DNA of 64,000 nucleotides from Octopus vulgaris. Lineage: Eukaryota. Positions 60,240 through 64,000 of the stretch are shown here, in pieces (position 1 is the first letter of the stretch; each line of letters opens with the position of its first letter). Below the pieces are notes generated by a model. It had not been told where the DNA came from and ran no database searches. It worked only from the letters and a program-made list of their open reading frames with translations. The translations under genes were made by a program, and so were the position numbers. The DNA is taken from contig OX597825.1 in NCBI GenBank assembly GCA_951406725.2, positions 56,668,001 through 56,732,000 on the forward strand, given 5' to 3'.

Positions 60240-60624
60240 CTAGCAGTATCGCCCGGCGTTGCTCAGGTTTATAAGGGAAATAACTATAAAGCATTTTTAG
60301 AGAGTTATAGCCAAAAAATACCAAAAAAATGGAAAAAAAATGATGGTAAATTTTTTTTGAGAGTTAAAAAAGGTGGAGTTGCGTCCCCTAGACGGTCTGT
60401 GGTTTGTGTTTCTGATTCTCGACCCCATGTCGAATTTATCGATTTTTTTCAGAACTGGGGGAACTTTTCAAAATTTTCGCTGTGTTAGTTTTGAATTATG
60501 ACATTGGGCTATGTGTGTGTCAAGTTTCATCAGAATCGGTTGAAAGCCGTGGTCTGGGTGAGGGTACGAGAAAACAGACACACAGAAACACGCACAGACA
60601 AACTGCCGTTTATATAGAGAGAGA
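60240..60624 (-). mobile_element. Non-autonomous Helitron (Lep1-like)
   Basis: Minus strand A|TC...CTAG|T, GC-rich subterminal segment, internal CAAGTTTCATCAGAATCGG on plus. Confidence 0.7.
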
Positions 60625-60679
60625 TACATTCATCAAACATAAAACTGCGTGCGATTCAGCACTTCGCTATTTATTTATT

Positions 60680-60734
<55 letters not shown>

Positions 60735-61100
60735 TTTCTTTCGCTTGACTTTTCTGTAGAATATTTCGAAACTTTAAAAATTTAAGGGTTTTTAAGTGGT
60801 TTTAATTTGTATTTGTCTTTATTTATTTTAATTCAAAATCTAGACATTAAGTGGCGGTTTTATATGTATTTATATATTTGAATATATTTGAATATTCCGT
60901 TGAATATCTGTGGCCTTCATCTGTGACCTCCATCTGTGGCCGTCATCAGTCTGGAGTAGCATGGCCTCCTAGTTGGAGATGCCTATCTAGCTCACTGCAT
61001 ATATCTCCGTGAGATATTTAGAAATATATTATTTCTATTTTTGTAATCAGTGGATTTATTTCACTGGAATTCTTATATGTTTACAAGAGCTAGATGCTAT

Positions 61101-61143
61101 TCCAGACTAATGACGAGCAAAGACTCAGAAACTAGTCTCTGGA
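61101..61143 (+). ncRNA. Degenerate minimal hammerhead in a diverged relative of the 352-bp unit
   Basis: UCCAGA-CUAAUGA-cGAG(caaaga)CUCa-GAAAC(ua)GUC-UCUGGA. The inverted partial copy at ~60938-60995 keeps the canonical CCAGA-CUGAUGA. Confidence 0.65.
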
Positions 61144-61362
61144 AGCAGACTTAGCTGGGTAGAGGTACTTATATCCCCCTTGTAAACATAAGGACACAGG
61201 AAATGTGTCAAGGCCGACAAGAAGCGTTGCTGCTTCCTAGGGCTAAATAGCAGTAGTGTGATTCTCTTCATAGGACTGTCACATTAAGTTGACGGTATAC
61301 AACTACTCTAACGTACCACTTCTGCATAAATCTCTCTGAGATATTTATAAATGTATTATTTA

Positions 61363-61434
<72 letters not shown>

Positions 61435-61438
61435 CGAA

Positions 61439-61528
61439 AGAGCTACTAATAGTTTCATGGTATTATGATACTTGAATAGGCATATTTATAAAATACGCCA
61501 TGTACTTTAAAGCAGTCATTCAGGCTCT
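61439..61528 (-). ncRNA. Degenerate hammerhead-like motif next to (TA)n
   Basis: AGAGC-CUGAAUGA...GAAAC(uauua)GUA-GCUCU. Stem II is poorly paired. Confidence 0.4.
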
Positions 61529-61868
61529 GTCTATGCGTTATATACAGGGCAATGGGGAACTTCAACAGTAGATTGATAGAGTGCACATATAGGAGAGGAT
61601 ACCATCTGCAGGGCGTAATTTTCAGACAATAATACCTTAGATTGCTGGTTATTAAAAGGCGTTATTTACTTTCTGTCAACAAAATATTTTTGTTGGATTT
61701 GGATTTTGTTTCTATTTTTTATTGGGTTTCTCAAAAGTACCATTTTATGGAGTCACCTGTATAATTTTTTTAAAAAGCAAGGACGCTGGACAGTAAGCAA
61801 ATAAGAAAAACGTGGAGAAAACGTGAAGAAGGTTGGTGCAAAAACTAGAATACAAAAAAAGAAACGAA

Positions 61869-61899
<31 letters not shown>

Positions 61900-62208
61900 T
61901 GTATGTATGTATGTATGTATGTATGTATGTATGTATGTATGCAGGTTTTCCCTCAATCATATTCACAACTTCCACAAGTTAAGGACCGAAACATTTGCCT
62001 GAGGTAGGTTTCTTCTCTGATGACCTTTCTGCTGTTCAGCTCTCTTGAGAATTTCTTACCACTAAAATCCATTAATCAGCTTCTTTGCATGCTAAATATT
62101 CTTAAAGCTTTAATTTGTTTGCGTATGTTCTCCAATTAACTCCGCTCACTGATGTGTTTTTTTTTCTTTTTCTGAATCTTTGAAATTGTAATGATAATTT
62201 CTGGACAC

Positions 62209-62254
<46 letters not shown>

Positions 62255-62275
62255 TTATATTTATATTTATATATT

Positions 62276-62317
<42 letters not shown>

Positions 62318-62447
62318 CATATACATATATTGATACATATGCATATACATATATGTATGTACATATACATACGTGTTCATATAACGCACTTTAATAGAAA
62401 CATACGTGCGTGAACATACACACGCACGCGCACACACATACACACAT

Positions 62448-62496
<49 letters not shown>

Positions 62497-63807
62497 TGTA
62501 GATTGTTACATATCTATAAGAAAGCATTTATCGTACACACCACTTGAATATGAAAGCATTTATCGTAGGCAACACTTGAATTGTTAGTTTAAGTTAATAT
62601 CGTGTGGCAGGTATGGAAATGGATGATTTCCATAGTCGTAAGTAAGATGGAAGTAGAGATGTAAAATTAATAGTCAGTCAGGCAGTAGTAGAGTTAATGG
62701 TAATGTGAAGACGTGAAAGGAACTTATTCTTATTATGTTAAATATATTATATAACGAGAGATGATGGCTTCTTGCCGAAGTCTGTGCTAAAAGGTGGAAT
62801 GGTGACGAAGATAGCTGATGGTACAGAAGATAGGGAAATAGCGGGGGTAATTGAGTGAATGAGAGACTGAGATAGATTGAATATTGCAAATAGATATGAA
62901 ATAAATATATACATACATGCACACACACATACTCACAAGTACACACACATACACACAGACACATACATATATCATCTGTTCTTGACCAGTTTCTTTCCTG
63001 TTTATTGAGCTCTCTAGCAAAGTAATTTGCGCCAAAGAAATATTTCGACATATTGGGAAAGTGTTTATTCTTATAATTCGTATAACTGCTTGGGGTCACT
63101 TCATTTTTATCCTTTTTTCTCTTTTTTTCTTTACCTTAATTTCCAGATTCGAACATATTTGTAAAGGCAAACGTAACGTGTTTGTGTCTTGCAGATATTT
63201 CTACCCTTATGGAATAGTCTGAAGAGAATATACAATATATTACGATTTTTTCTTTATTCTTTAATATGTGGTTTAATATTTTGTGCAACCTCAATGGTCA
63301 GAACAATCTGTATAGAACAAAGAAACACAGGGGAGATAACCATAAAATTTAACTTGAAATCAATTAAACATGGAATACAGTGGAGTAGGAGTATATTTTT
63401 AGGTGAAAGAGTAACAACTATGGACAGGTTTCTATGTTATTACACCTCATCTAAAACAACTGATGCGATTTAATATGAACAGAGCATGTCTGTAGCTGGC
63501 ACCTTACCGCGAAAGTATATACTTACGTGAAACTGCACCCCATTTTTACTTTTAATCAATTTGAATTTCTCAAACATCGTCCACTGCGCTCCCGCCTATT
63601 TTTCATTGTTTTTATGTAGCAGAAATTCATGGACCATTCTTAAAAACGTGTGTCTATCTCTGTGTGTATGTAGGTACTAGTGTGTGTATCTTGTGCGTAT
63701 GTGCATGTGTCGGTGTGCTGGACTTCAGGCTTGAATTCATAAGGACTTTTGGTAATGGGCTTATCCAATCTATAGTGGGTATACGTTCCATTCCTTCTAT
63801 CAATCTG

Positions 63808-63875
<68 letters not shown>

Positions 63876-64000
63876 CCTATCTATCTATCTATCTATCTAT
63901 CCTTCTACCTATCTATCTTGCATTCTGTCAAATATCTGTGTCTACCTTTCTGTTTGTTTGTCTGTCTGTCTATTTATCTGTATACAAATGGTCAACAACG

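Overview
Repeat-dense, gene-poor eukaryotic DNA, most likely octopus/cephalopod (inferred from the SINE families and the heavy (TA)n/(CA)n/(TAA)n microsatellite load). No intact cellular protein-coding gene is supported. Most ORFs in the track are microsatellite translations or transposon fossils: tRNA-derived SINEs, mariner/maT remnants, CR1, RTE and R4/Dong LINE fragments, a non-autonomous Helitron and Penelope-like (PLE) GIY-YIG fragments. The standout is a young 2.7-kb palindromic array (31818-34538) of a 352-bp non-coding unit. Each unit carries a complete minimal type I hammerhead ribozyme (8 copies: 5 on minus, 3 on plus), which makes it a candidate retrozyme/circular-RNA element inserted in (TA)n. 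At least five other (TA)n-associated inverted-repeat elements carry hammerhead or hammerhead-like motifs with the same outward-pointing polarity. Two diverged relatives share a conserved, apparently structured domain with the 352-bp unit. All motif calls were made by eye; no searches or folding were run.
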